Of a stretch of DNA of 45,603 nt, positions 9,454-18,550 are shown one piece after another. Source of the stretch: a virus (taxonomy: Duplodnaviria > Caudoviricetes); IMG/VR virus record IMGVR_UViG_3300032373_001135, positions 1-45,603 of that record; one strand, 5' to 3'. The notes under the pieces were generated by a model. That model did not search any database. It worked only from the letters and a program-made list of their open reading frames with translations, and had not been told where the DNA came from. Position numbers and translations under genes: made by a program. How positions within the stretch are numbered: the stretch's first letter is position 1; each line of letters begins with the position of its first letter.

Positions 9454-9819
9454 TCAGCGGACGAGGATGCCGACCGCCAGCAGCGCGGCATGGGCGGCGG
9501 TGATCTCGCCCTCGCTGGGGGTGCCCGCAAAAACGAGATCGTGGCGGTTGACGATGGCGGGGCCACGGATCAGCGCGACGGCTGGCATTTCGCCGCCCGC
9601 AGCGTCGGCCTTGCCCCAGAGCACAGCGACGGCGGTTTCGGTACCGTCAACGGCGGCGGGATCATGGGCGGCGTATTTGCTAGACGCGGTGATCTTGCCC
9701 AGCACGGTGCCCGGATCGAGCGTGCCTGCGGCGATGGTGATGGTTTCGCGGGTGTAGTCGCGGAAGGCTTCCCAGACGAGGAAGCCTCCGGGATGCATAG
9801 TCTCGGTGAGCGTGGTCAT
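9454..9819 (-). CDS. Head decoration protein (lambda gpD-like)
   Basis: RETITIAAG.L.PGTVLGKITAS.KY..HDP...DG.E.A.AVL. Confidence 0.85.
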   Translation of the reverse strand: MTTLTETMHPGGFLVWEAFRDYTRETITIAAGTLDPGTVLGKITASSKYAAHDPAAVDGTETAVAVLWGKADAAGGEMPAVALIRGPAIVNRHDLVFAGTPSEGEITAAHAALLAVGILVR

Positions 9820-9823
9820 GAGA

Positions 9824-10906
9824 TTATCCTTTCAGTTTGAAGGTGCGGGCGACGATCTCGCCCCAGGGGCGGGCCGTCGTGGTCCGGCCGGGTTGTGCGT
9901 GATGGGCGGCAATCTCGGGTTCTGCCTCGGCTTTTGCCGCCAGAAGGGCTATGCGGACGTCGTCGAGACTGGTGTCCTGTTCGAGGAAGCGCCCAGCCAT
10001 CTGCGGCTGGCCTGCAAGGCGGCAGAGATCGACGACAGCGCGGGCATGGGTGATCGCCTCGGCGCGGATCGCGGCGGGATCGAGCGACGCGCCGCCCGGA
10101 GTCGGGATCAGATCCGAAGGACTGGGCATGTCGTCGGTGACACCATGCCCTTCCGGCTCGACAGGCGCTTCGTCGCTGTCCGCCTCGCCAGTGCCGTCGG
10201 CAGGTTCGACATCGCCGTCCACGATACTGTCGGTCTTTGTGCCCGTGTCTTGGCTAGTTTCCTCGGGAACATGCTCCAGTTCGGGTTGAACACCCTCCGC
10301 AACTGTTGCTTTCACTGCCTCGACGAGGTCGGGCGGCGCGTTGCGGAACCGACCGATGTCGAACCGTGCGGCCATTCTGATGGGGTCCGCCAGCCGGTCC
10401 GCGAAGCCCGCCACCACAGCATCGGCTGCATCGAACCAGGTTTCGGCCGCCATCAGCGCTGCGATCTCATCATCGGTCTTGCCGGATTTGGCGGCATATC
10501 CCCGGACGAGGCTGCCCGCGATCTTGTCCAGCGCCTCGGCCATGGCGCGCATGTCGCCCGCCGTGCCCATTGCCAACCCCGACGGGTCGTGGATCATCAG
10601 GAACGCGTTTTCCGGCATGACGATTTCGTCACCCGCCATCGCGATATAGGACGCGGCCGAGGCGGCAATACCGTCGATCCAGACCGTGACCGTGCCCGTG
10701 TGCCGCTTCAGCGCATTGTAGATCGCAACCGCATCGAAGACTGAACCCCCAGGGCTGTTCAGCCGCAGATCGACCGGCGTCCCGTCGGGCAGTGCGCCGA
10801 GTTCGGCAAGGAACCCCTTTGCCGAGACCCCATAGGCGCCGATCTCGTCATAGATCGCCACTTCCGCGCCTGTTCCCCGGGCGCGGATCGCATACCAGCT
10901 TGTCAT
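9824..10906 (-). CDS. ClpP-type head maturation protease with scaffold C-terminus
   Basis: IYDEIG, LNSPGGSVFD, DGIAASAASYI, MIHDP, ETW motifs; acidic linker; likely start MTSWY at 10906. Confidence 0.9.
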   Translation of the reverse strand: MTSWYAIRARGTGAEVAIYDEIGAYGVSAKGFLAELGALPDGTPVDLRLNSPGGSVFDAVAIYNALKRHTGTVTVWIDGIAASAASYIAMAGDEIVMPENAFLMIHDPSGLAMGTAGDMRAMAEALDKIAGSLVRGYAAKSGKTDDEIAALMAAETWFDAADAVVAGFADRLADPIRMAARFDIGRFRNAPPDLVEAVKATVAEGVQPELEHVPEETSQDTGTKTDSIVDGDVEPADGTGEADSDEAPVEPEGHGVTDDMPSPSDLIPTPGGASLDPAAIRAEAITHARAVVDLCRLAGQPQMAGRFLEQDTSLDDVRIALLAAKAEAEPEIAAHHAQPGRTTTARPWGEIVARTFKLKG

Positions 10907-10910
10907 ATCG

Positions 10911-12422
10911 TCACTCCTGTTCGGTGGCGGGATCGGTGGAGGCGGATCCGTCGCCTGTGTCATCACCCGGATCAGGCCGCGCTGTGGGCGTTGCCCGCGC
11001 GCCTTGCGTTTCGCCGGGGCTGGCGCGGTAGCTCAGCCCCAGCTCGGCGACACGCCTGGCATCCGCCGCATTCTCTCGGTCGACTTCTTCGACGTCGTAG
11101 CCGGTGGCCTCGACCACCTTGCGGCGCGAGGTGATGCCCGCTTCCATCGCCAGCACCTGCGCCTGGATATCCTTCAGCGGATCGACCCAGTCCCAGCGCG
11201 GCGGGATCCATTGCACCGGCCGCGCGACGGTGGGATTGCCGATATCCAGCGCCCCCGACAACACGGCCGTCTCAAGCCAGCGCCGCCAGATCGGACGGCA
11301 CAGCTGGTGCGCCATCACCCCATGTTGCAGCTGACCAATGCGGCGGCGGAACTCGACCAGCTCTGCCCGCAGGCTCGAATAGTTCGCCTGGCGCACATCC
11401 CCGGTGACCAGGTGGTACGGCAGCCCCAGCGAGGCCGAGACCGCAAGCAGCGTTCGATATTGGAATGCCTCATAGCCGCCCCCAACATCTGCCGGACTGG
11501 AGAACTTCACGTCCTCGCCCGGCAGCAGCACCTGCATCGTGCCCGGCTCGAGGCTGGCAATGGCCGCCCCATCCAGATCGGCTTCGGACTCGCCCATCAT
11601 CGGGTCTTCCGGCGCGGTCTTGGTGATGAAGCCCGCGAACATCGCCGCAGTCTTCTTCCGGTCGAGCTCGGCGTCGTCGTACTGGTCCAGCAGAAACAGC
11701 CGCACCATGGCCGGTGCCACATGCGGCAAGCCCCGGATCTGGCCCGCATCGATGGGGCGGTAGATGTGCAGAACATCTTCGGCTGGCACGCGGACCATTT
11801 CCGGGATCACCGTGCCTTGATCGGTACTGTCGCCGGGATGGCGACGCCGAAAGTGATAGGCAACGCGGCGGCCGATGCCATCAAACTCGATACCGCAGCG
11901 GATGCGATTGCCATTTGCCGCGGTCTCGGTCTTCTCGAACGGCAGCATCTCCGACTGCAGAAGCTGCAGTTGCAGCGGCACAAGCAGGCTGTCCTCGGCG
12001 CGTCTAGGACGCAGACGCACAAAGCATTCGCCCGCCACGAACATTTCCCGCGCGACCATGGCCTGCAGGCCGTAGAAATCGGTCAGCCCGTCGGCATCCG
12101 CCTCATCCGTCCATGCGAGCCACAGCCGCTGAACGCTGTCACGCAACGCCGCATCTGCGATCAGCGATGACGGCTTGATCCCATCGCCGATCAGGTTTGA
12201 GGCAAACGCCTCGCAGGCATTAGCGGCATAGCCGTTGGTCACGACCAGTTCCCGCGACCGCGCCAGCAAACGCGGGCCGCCCGAGGCGACCAGCGAATTG
12301 ATGTTTTCCAGCGGCGGTTGCCAGCCCCGCAAGCGCCGGCTGGCCATCGCGCCGTCCAAACGCGCTGACACAGCGGCGGGACCGCCGGGAGTCCGGCGGC
12401 GAAAGCGATCGAGCAGGCCCAT
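10911..12422 (-). CDS. Portal protein, lambda family
   Basis: RSRELV..NGYA, GQIRGLP, NYSSLRA, WVDPLKD motifs. Confidence 0.92.
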   Translation of the reverse strand: MGLLDRFRRRTPGGPAAVSARLDGAMASRRLRGWQPPLENINSLVASGGPRLLARSRELVVTNGYAANACEAFASNLIGDGIKPSSLIADAALRDSVQRLWLAWTDEADADGLTDFYGLQAMVAREMFVAGECFVRLRPRRAEDSLLVPLQLQLLQSEMLPFEKTETAANGNRIRCGIEFDGIGRRVAYHFRRRHPGDSTDQGTVIPEMVRVPAEDVLHIYRPIDAGQIRGLPHVAPAMVRLFLLDQYDDAELDRKKTAAMFAGFITKTAPEDPMMGESEADLDGAAIASLEPGTMQVLLPGEDVKFSSPADVGGGYEAFQYRTLLAVSASLGLPYHLVTGDVRQANYSSLRAELVEFRRRIGQLQHGVMAHQLCRPIWRRWLETAVLSGALDIGNPTVARPVQWIPPRWDWVDPLKDIQAQVLAMEAGITSRRKVVEATGYDVEEVDRENAADARRVAELGLSYRASPGETQGARATPTARPDPGDDTGDGSASTDPATEQE

Positions 12423-12425
12423 GGA

Positions 12426-12641
12426 TCAGAGCCCCTTTGTCGTCGTTACACGCACCTGCCGAACGATCCGTCGTCCCTCTGCATTCGCAATCTCGCGGTC
12501 GAGCGCCTCGATGGCCCGGTCGATTTCCGCCACACTGCGATAGTCCACAGACTTTCCGTCATAGCTGACGCGCGCCACGCCAGAGGAACGTTGAACAGCG
12601 AGGGTCTCGCGGCGGGCACGGAGTTCCGTCGATGTCGGCAT
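12426..12641 (-). CDS. gpW-like head-tail joining protein
   Basis: MPTSTEL...GVARVSYDGKSVDYRS..EI..AI; lies between terminase and portal. Confidence 0.8.
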   Translation of the reverse strand: MPTSTELRARRETLAVQRSSGVARVSYDGKSVDYRSVAEIDRAIEALDREIANAEGRRIVRQVRVTTTKGL

Positions 12642-12706
12642 CTGAATTGACCTGACCTGCGAATATGTTTCATTTGGCCAACCGACCACGGATTGAAGCC
12701 AAAGCC

Positions 12707-13600
12707 ATGACCCCAGCAGAAATCATGCGCGACCTCGCGCGCGCCGACATTTTCCCGAAAGCTGCCATGGCCGAAGCTGGTGCCAGGCGCGAGGAAATGG
12801 TGCCAGTCTTTGTCGATCTGGTCAGCCGCCTCGCACGACAACGCGTTCCGGAGATGAAGGAGTCTGACTTGATGGCCCTTATTCCGGTCTTCCACCTGCT
12901 TGGTGAATGGCAAGATCCACGCGCTTATCGGCCATTGGTTCAGATGCTCCGTCGCCCAAGCAACGCCATCGACCATCTCCTCGGAGACGCAGTGACCGAA
13001 ACGAGCTTTCGCGTCATCGCCGGAACATTCGACGGTGACTTGCAGCCGGTGTTCGACGCGATCGAGGACAAAAAAGCTGATGAGTTTGCCCGCAGCTCCC
13101 TGATGAGCGCCTTGGTTCTGATTGCGCAATTGCACCCCGATCAACGCCCGGCAATCGAAGATTACTTCCGGACCTTTCGCCAGCGCTGCCCCAAGGCATC
13201 GACCGATGTTCTTACCGGCTGGATGGACGCCGTTGCCGGTCTCGGGCTTGAAGACATGTCGGAGGCTGTGCGCGAGATTTTCGACAAGGGCCTGATCCCG
13301 AAAGACTACTGCGACTTCGGGCATTTCCTTGAAGATTTGGAAGCCACCCTCAAAGCCGATGGTTCACCCGCAAACCGCCGTTACCAGAAATCCCTGATCA
13401 CCGATGCCATCAACGACCTGTCGAAATGGCACTGTTATTCCGATACATTCCTCACTCAGCAGAGTACCCGAAAAGTTGACAACGCTTTGCGCGTGGCCCC
13501 ATGGACTGAGGCCCTAACGAAGACGCCAGACAAACTTGGCCGCAACGATCCCTGTCCCTGCGGCAGCGGCAAGAAGTTCAAGAAATGCTGCCTGCATTGA
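12707..13600 (+). CDS. Accessory DUF1186-like protein with C-terminal SEC-C zinc motif
   Basis: C-terminus [18 protein letters not shown]; helical N-terminal domain; antisense insertion. Start is 12707 or 12665. Confidence 0.8.
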   Translation: MTPAEIMRDLARADIFPKAAMAEAGARREEMVPVFVDLVSRLARQRVPEMKESDLMALIPVFHLLGEWQDPRAYRPLVQMLRRPSNAIDHLLGDAVTETSFRVIAGTFDGDLQPVFDAIEDKKADEFARSSLMSALVLIAQLHPDQRPAIEDYFRTFRQRCPKASTDVLTGWMDAVAGLGLEDMSEAVREIFDKGLIPKDYCDFGHFLEDLEATLKADGSPANRRYQKSLITDAINDLSKWHCYSDTFLTQQSTRKVDNALRVAPWTEALTKTPDKLGRNDPCPCGSGKKFKKCCLH

Positions 13601-13639
13601 ACCACCCACAGCCAACGTGACACTGCATCGCCAAACCTT

Positions 13640-15634
13640 TCACCTCATGTAACTGGAGCGCACGGTTCGCCGCTGTGATCCCGCGCGCCGCGATGCGGGC
13701 GTAGTGTTTCCCGCCCCATCCTCAGCCATGTCTTGTGCTGTGATCCCGAGCTGGGCTTCCAGATCGGCCCAACGCGCCTCAGACCAGCGATCGGCCCCAA
13801 GGATCCACGCGGCGGCCCGAGCATAAACCCGTGTATCCAGCGCCTCGTTGCGTTCGCGCAGCTTCTGCCATTCGAGCCGGGCGAAACCGCGCTTGGTGCG
13901 TACCGTAACAAGTTGTTCGGCCGTGAATTGCTTCAACCACTCGCCGTCCGCCCAGTTTGGCAGATGGATGGTTCCGGGCGGGCAAAGATGCCCAGCCTCG
14001 ATTTCCTCCCGCGTCGGCCGGTCTTGGCGCAAATAGCGATAGGTCTCGGTCTTGAAGGTCGACGTGGCGACCGTCCAAAGCCGCGCCCCGCGCCGCAGCC
14101 TTTTGCCTGCGATGGTCGCGTCTACATAAGTCGGGCCAGTGACCGGGCTCGAGCGGTTGAAGCCTTCAACGCCTTTGACCGGGGCCACCTGCGCGAAGCC
14201 GACCTGTCGCGACCAGGCATAGACCGCACTCGTTTCGTAGCCGGTGTCGATGGCAAGGCGGGCCAATGTCATCGGTTGACCTGAGGCATGCTCCCATGTC
14301 TGGCCGAGCAAATTGGTCAGCTGCTGCCAACACGCCGGATCGCCGGGCCCGCCCTCAATGACCAAGTGATCGATCAGCCAACTCTCCAGCCCGCGGCCCC
14401 AGGCCCAGACATCGACCTCGATGCGATCCTTTTGAACGTCCGCCCCGGCGGTCAGGAACAAGCCCCGCTCTGGAACAGTGCCTCCTTCCCAAGTCTCGCG
14501 CTGGTCCGCCAAGCGCTGCCAGTCCGGCGCCTCGCCGGTTTCGACCCATGTCTCACCGAGAATCGTGTTGCGGAACGCCTTGATCGCCTCGTCCGACCCT
14601 TGGGCCGCGTCCCATGCGCGCACGATCCGCTCCCAACTCAGCCAGCCAATGGGCGAATAGAGCGCCGAAAGGTGATAGCCGACGGTGCCGGGATCGGCGG
14701 CCGTTGCGGTCGCGCGCCATTCGCCAGCCTCCAGCATCGCCGTCTTGTTGTGTTCGGCGATGGGCTGTTCGCAGCCCTTGCAGTAATATTCCGCCGTTTC
14801 CGGCCGCCCCTTCTGCCAGCGAAGCCGCTCAAACTTCAGCCACTGCTCCTGACCGCAATGCGGGCATGGCACGAAAAACCGGCGCTGGTCGGAGGCCTCG
14901 AACTCCCGCTCGATCCGGCTCAACCCCCGGATTGTCGGCGTCGAGACCAGGAACACCTTGCGCCGATGGGCGAAGGTCAGTGATCGCGCTTCCGCCAGCG
15001 TGACTGGGTCGCCTTCCTCATCCGCCGAGGCCGGATAAGCGTCGACCTCATCGAGAAAGATGTAGCGCGCCGGGGTCGAGCGCAGCCCGACCGCCGAGTT
15101 CGCTCCGGTCATGATGAGGATGCCGCCCGCGAACTCCTTCGACAGCATCGTGTTGCCCGCATCGCGCGACCGCGCCGGTTTGACCCGGTCCCGCAGTTCC
15201 GGGCTTTCGTCGATCAGCGGATCGATCCGCTGGCGTGAGTTTCGTTTCGCCAATTCAACCGTTGGCTGGACCGCGAGCATTGGCCCCGGTGCCTGGTGGA
15301 TCGCAAAGCCGATCCAGTTGTTCCCGGCCTCGGTCGCGCCGACCTGCGCGGCCTTCATGAACACGATCCGTTGTGTCGGATCGCCCGGCGACAGTCGGTC
15401 CATGATCTCGCCCATGTAAGGCGTGCGCGCCGTGCGATACCGGCCCGGTTCCGCCGAAGCGCGGCCCGACAGCATTCGGTGCCGATCCGCCCATTCAGAC
15501 ACGGTCAGGTCCGCATCCGGCGTGAGGCCCGCTCCCCAGGCGCGCAGGATCTCTGCCGCGCCGTCGAACTCGAGGGCTTCATCACCGGAGATCGGGTTTG
15601 ACCTCGGCAAGCTCGTCGAGCTGGGCACGGACAT
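13640..15634 (-). CDS. Terminase large subunit, lambda GpA family
   Basis: KAAQVGATE Walker A, IFLDEVD Walker B, STPT, CPHC...C..C, GADVQKDR, NEALD. Confidence 0.93.
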   Translation of the reverse strand: MSVPSSTSLPRSNPISGDEALEFDGAAEILRAWGAGLTPDADLTVSEWADRHRMLSGRASAEPGRYRTARTPYMGEIMDRLSPGDPTQRIVFMKAAQVGATEAGNNWIGFAIHQAPGPMLAVQPTVELAKRNSRQRIDPLIDESPELRDRVKPARSRDAGNTMLSKEFAGGILIMTGANSAVGLRSTPARYIFLDEVDAYPASADEEGDPVTLAEARSLTFAHRRKVFLVSTPTIRGLSRIEREFEASDQRRFFVPCPHCGQEQWLKFERLRWQKGRPETAEYYCKGCEQPIAEHNKTAMLEAGEWRATATAADPGTVGYHLSALYSPIGWLSWERIVRAWDAAQGSDEAIKAFRNTILGETWVETGEAPDWQRLADQRETWEGGTVPERGLFLTAGADVQKDRIEVDVWAWGRGLESWLIDHLVIEGGPGDPACWQQLTNLLGQTWEHASGQPMTLARLAIDTGYETSAVYAWSRQVGFAQVAPVKGVEGFNRSSPVTGPTYVDATIAGKRLRRGARLWTVATSTFKTETYRYLRQDRPTREEIEAGHLCPPGTIHLPNWADGEWLKQFTAEQLVTVRTKRGFARLEWQKLRERNEALDTRVYARAAAWILGADRWSEARWADLEAQLGITAQDMAEDGAGNTTPASRRAGSQRRTVRSSYMR

Positions 15635-16142
15635 GTTTCTCCAGAACCTTCTGCATCGCGGCGGTTTCCACCCCCAGATCGGCCGCCATTAACGCAGCGG
15701 CTCGGGCGGGCCAGTTGACCCAGACGTCGCGCTCTTGCCGCGCCAGCCGGAAAACCAGCGAAAGCGCGCGCGCCCGGTCGATCAGCTCGCCCTTCAGCTT
15801 TTGCAGCCGGAGACGGCGTTCCTGCGCCTTCAGCACTTCGTTGGCCGTCTTGGCCTGCAAGAACGTGGTGCCGCTGTCGACTGGTGGGGCCGCGATTCCC
15901 TGTTCGCGCAGGGTTTCGCCCACGGCGGATACCGCCGCCTCCGGGACGGGCTTGAGTTTCGGCTGTGGCGGCTTGCGGGTCTTGGACGGATCGGTCGCCT
16001 CAGCGCGCAGGGCATCGCTGGCCACCGCGTCGATGCTGCCATCAGCATGCAGCACCAGCCGACCCGTCGCCTTGGCCTTCTGAATCGCCCCGCGTGAAAG
16101 ACCAACGCGGGCGGCATATTGGCGCTCGCTCAGACCCTCCAT
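15582..16142 (-). CDS. Terminase small subunit
   Basis: N-terminal HTH (LSERQYAARVGLSRGAIQKA), coiled coil, KGELIDR; overlaps the TerL start. Confidence 0.8.
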   Translation of the reverse strand: MEGLSERQYAARVGLSRGAIQKAKATGRLVLHADGSIDAVASDALRAEATDPSKTRKPPQPKLKPVPEAAVSAVGETLREQGIAAPPVDSGTTFLQAKTANEVLKAQERRLRLQKLKGELIDRARALSLVFRLARQERDVWVNWPARAAALMAADLGVETAAMQKVLEKHVRAQLDELAEVKPDLR

Positions 16143-16253
16143 TGCGCGCTCCGATTATCATTCAAAATCATGTGCTTATGTAGTTGATAAGCCTCCGCAC
16201 CAGAGCGAACGTGATCCTACGAAAACGATGCAACTCACCACGGAGCGACCGCG

Positions 16254-16523
16254 ATGACCCGCCTGAACCCGATCACCACACCCCGCCACCAACTGCGCGC
16301 CGAGAAGGCTGCGCGGAACAAGGAGGCAGCGCTCAACGCATTCATCGGCAAGAAGGCCGAAATCGACGAGATGCTCGCCCGCTTGGCAAGCCTGAGCGAC
16401 GAGCATTTCAACGCCCACCCCGACGAGGTGAACTGGGGCCATGTCGGCACCCTTGAGCACTACGCCAGCCTCCTGAAGCGCATCACCGACAGAGCCTTCA
16501 GCGAAGGCGAGCACGCGGAATGA
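16254..16523 (+). CDS. Small conserved prophage protein
   Basis: GGAG RBS; FIGKKAEID.ML.RL...DEHF...PDEVNWGHVG. Confidence 0.7.
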   Translation: MTRLNPITTPRHQLRAEKAARNKEAALNAFIGKKAEIDEMLARLASLSDEHFNAHPDEVNWGHVGTLEHYASLLKRITDRAFSEGEHAE

Positions 16524-16756
16524 CCGGAGCCAACGCCATGGAAACCAGCACTATCCGCATCGCCATTCGCGGCCTCAACGAGCCTTGGGACGCCAGCGGC
16601 ATCCCGGCTGTCCTCGACGAGATCGAAGCATCGCTCCGCGAGGAGGCCAATGTTCCGGCGCGCCTCACCGCTGACAGCACGACCATCACAATCGACGTCG
16701 CCACCGACCGGCTGCCCGATGCCGCAGCGCTCCTGCGGGATCTCGGGCTGATCTGA
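16520..16756 (+). CDS. Small hypothetical protein
   Basis: ATGA-coupled to the previous gene; phage-like codon usage. Confidence 0.6.
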   Translation: MTGANAMETSTIRIAIRGLNEPWDASGIPAVLDEIEASLREEANVPARLTADSTTITIDVATDRLPDAAALLRDLGLI

Positions 16757-16851
16757 CCATGGGCCGACGCCCGAACTCCGGCCGCGCGCCCTGCGCGGCT
16801 TGGGGTCGTAGAAGACCGCGACGGTCGCGGTCCGAATACGGAGACGACCCC

Positions 16852-17424
16852 ATGACCAAACTTTCCGATACCCAGACGATCATCCTGTCCCGCGCAGCCC
16901 AGAACGCGGACCGTATTGCCATGCCGCTACCCGACAGCCTGCGCGGCGGGGCCGCCACCAAGGTGGTCAGCGCCATGCTTGCCAAGGGCTTCCTCGAAGA
17001 GGTCGACGCCGACATGCGCAAGGGCGAGCCCGTCTGGCGCGAGACCGGTGACGGCCACGGCGTCACGCTGATCGCCACCGACGCAGGCCTCGCCGCCATC
17101 GGCATCGAGCCCGAGGACGCGAACACCGCGCCTGCGGGCGCGACGGACGCGCCGACCGAGGAGCCCGCGCAGGACGCCTCCACCGAGACTGAGGCTGCGC
17201 CCAAGGCGCGCACGCCGCGCGAAGGCACTAAGCAGGCCCGCCTGATTGCCATGCTGCGCGCGCCGGACGGCGCGACCATTGAGGAGATCATGGCCACGAC
17301 GAACTGGCAGTCGCACACGGTGCGCGGGGCGATGGCAGGGGCACTCAAGAAGAAGCTCGGGCTCGAGGTGACCTCGGACAAGGTCGAAGGGCGCGGTAGG
17401 GTCTACCGTCTTCCCAGCGCTTGA
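16852..17424 (+). CDS. DUF3489 domain protein (winged-helix)
   Basis: Start MTKLSDTQ after GGAG; C-terminal GTKQARLIAML..PDGATIEEI...WQSHTVRGAM.GALKKKLGL. Confidence 0.85.
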   Translation: MTKLSDTQTIILSRAAQNADRIAMPLPDSLRGGAATKVVSAMLAKGFLEEVDADMRKGEPVWRETGDGHGVTLIATDAGLAAIGIEPEDANTAPAGATDAPTEEPAQDASTETEAAPKARTPREGTKQARLIAMLRAPDGATIEEIMATTNWQSHTVRGAMAGALKKKLGLEVTSDKVEGRGRVYRLPSA

Positions 17425-17523
17425 TAGCGGCGGCGAGTGTCTATGCTGCCGCCGGACGTGGACGGCAGTTACCCTTGCACGGTAAAGATTCGACGAGACA
17501 ACTCGGCTTCAGACGCTGATGGT

Positions 17524-18255
17524 TCAGCGGTCAATTACCTTGTCAATTATGTCCCCGAATTGGTTCAGGAACTTAACCTTCGTCCGCTCGAGCACATTCT
17601 GTACTCTTGGTCCTGCAATCCAACAGGGCTCCTCAGGAAACTTGTTCGCAGCGACCAGCTCCCTCCAATAGGAGTCTCGCTCTGCGTCTGTAGAAAGTCC
17701 CTGAAGCTCGCAGAGAACCTCAAAAGGACTGCTTCTTCCACAGACAGCATGCACCTCGTCGTACCTGAGCGATGCAGTCAATATGACTTCACTCTGCCGA
17801 AATCTGAAATATGTCAGCGCCTTAGCGTTCAAGCCATTGCCTTCTTCGAACTCTGCGACTCTTGCCCTAAAGGCTGGATCTGACCACAGCGAGGGCATAT
17901 TCAAGACCACCTCGTCCGCGTTTGGACGGTGAGCAAATACCGCTGAGAACGTGCCATCTCGGAGCGGGTCTTTGAATTCCTGTGCGAACTTGGGGTCTGT
18001 GGTCCAAGATGCGACGCCCTCTTCGATGTACCCATTGAGAAAAAGAGGGCCTAAGTCCCCGCCGTTTTGTTGGTTGTTTGGCACCAAGAAGCGTTTCCGA
18101 AAACAAATTTCAGTGCATGTGAGAAACCGCTCCGGCAGACGCTGCTCGGAAATTGCCTCCAGTAGTTCCTCGGTAATTGGTATGCGGCGGGTGCGGTCCT
18201 CGCGCCATCCGTTTTGCCACGCACCGAGAGCTGCCAGAAGCCGATCTGAGAACAT
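17524..18255 (-). CDS. Accessory putative ADP-ribosyltransferase (R-S-E clade)
   Basis: CFRKR...ASWTTDPKFAQEF...RQSEVIL; AGGAG RBS; lower GC than flanks. Confidence 0.6.
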   Translation of the reverse strand: MFSDRLLAALGAWQNGWREDRTRRIPITEELLEAISEQRLPERFLTCTEICFRKRFLVPNNQQNGGDLGPLFLNGYIEEGVASWTTDPKFAQEFKDPLRDGTFSAVFAHRPNADEVVLNMPSLWSDPAFRARVAEFEEGNGLNAKALTYFRFRQSEVILTASLRYDEVHAVCGRSSPFEVLCELQGLSTDAERDSYWRELVAANKFPEEPCWIAGPRVQNVLERTKVKFLNQFGDIIDKVIDR

Positions 18256-18334
18256 AAAGTCTCCTTGTCAATCAAATCAATCGTCAGCACCACCCCACGA
18301 TTCTAATGGCGCAAGCTCGCGTGTTCGAATGACA

Positions 18335-18550
18335 TTATCTCACCCTGATCGCCTCGAAAAGCCGCCGAAGGACGTAGGACCGCGCGATGCTGACCACCGT
18401 GAACACCGCACCCATTTTCAGGTTCTGCGCCAGCGTCATGTGCAGCCCGAAAATTGGGAAGATCAGGATCTGTGTGACGACCGCGACACCGTAGCCGACG
18501 ATCACGTTGACGACGGACTCGACCAGCGACATGAGGCGCGACTGCTTCAT
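18335..18550 (-). CDS. Small two-TM membrane protein
   Basis: MKQSRLMSLVESVVNVIVGY...FTVVSIARSYVLRRLFE; two hydrophobic stretches. Confidence 0.75.
   Translation of the reverse strand: MKQSRLMSLVESVVNVIVGYGVAVVTQILIFPIFGLHMTLAQNLKMGAVFTVVSIARSYVLRRLFEAIRVR

Noticed and set aside
17437-17883. 148-aa plus-strand ORF
   Set aside because: Antisense to the better-supported ART-like gene, which has an RBS and motifs.
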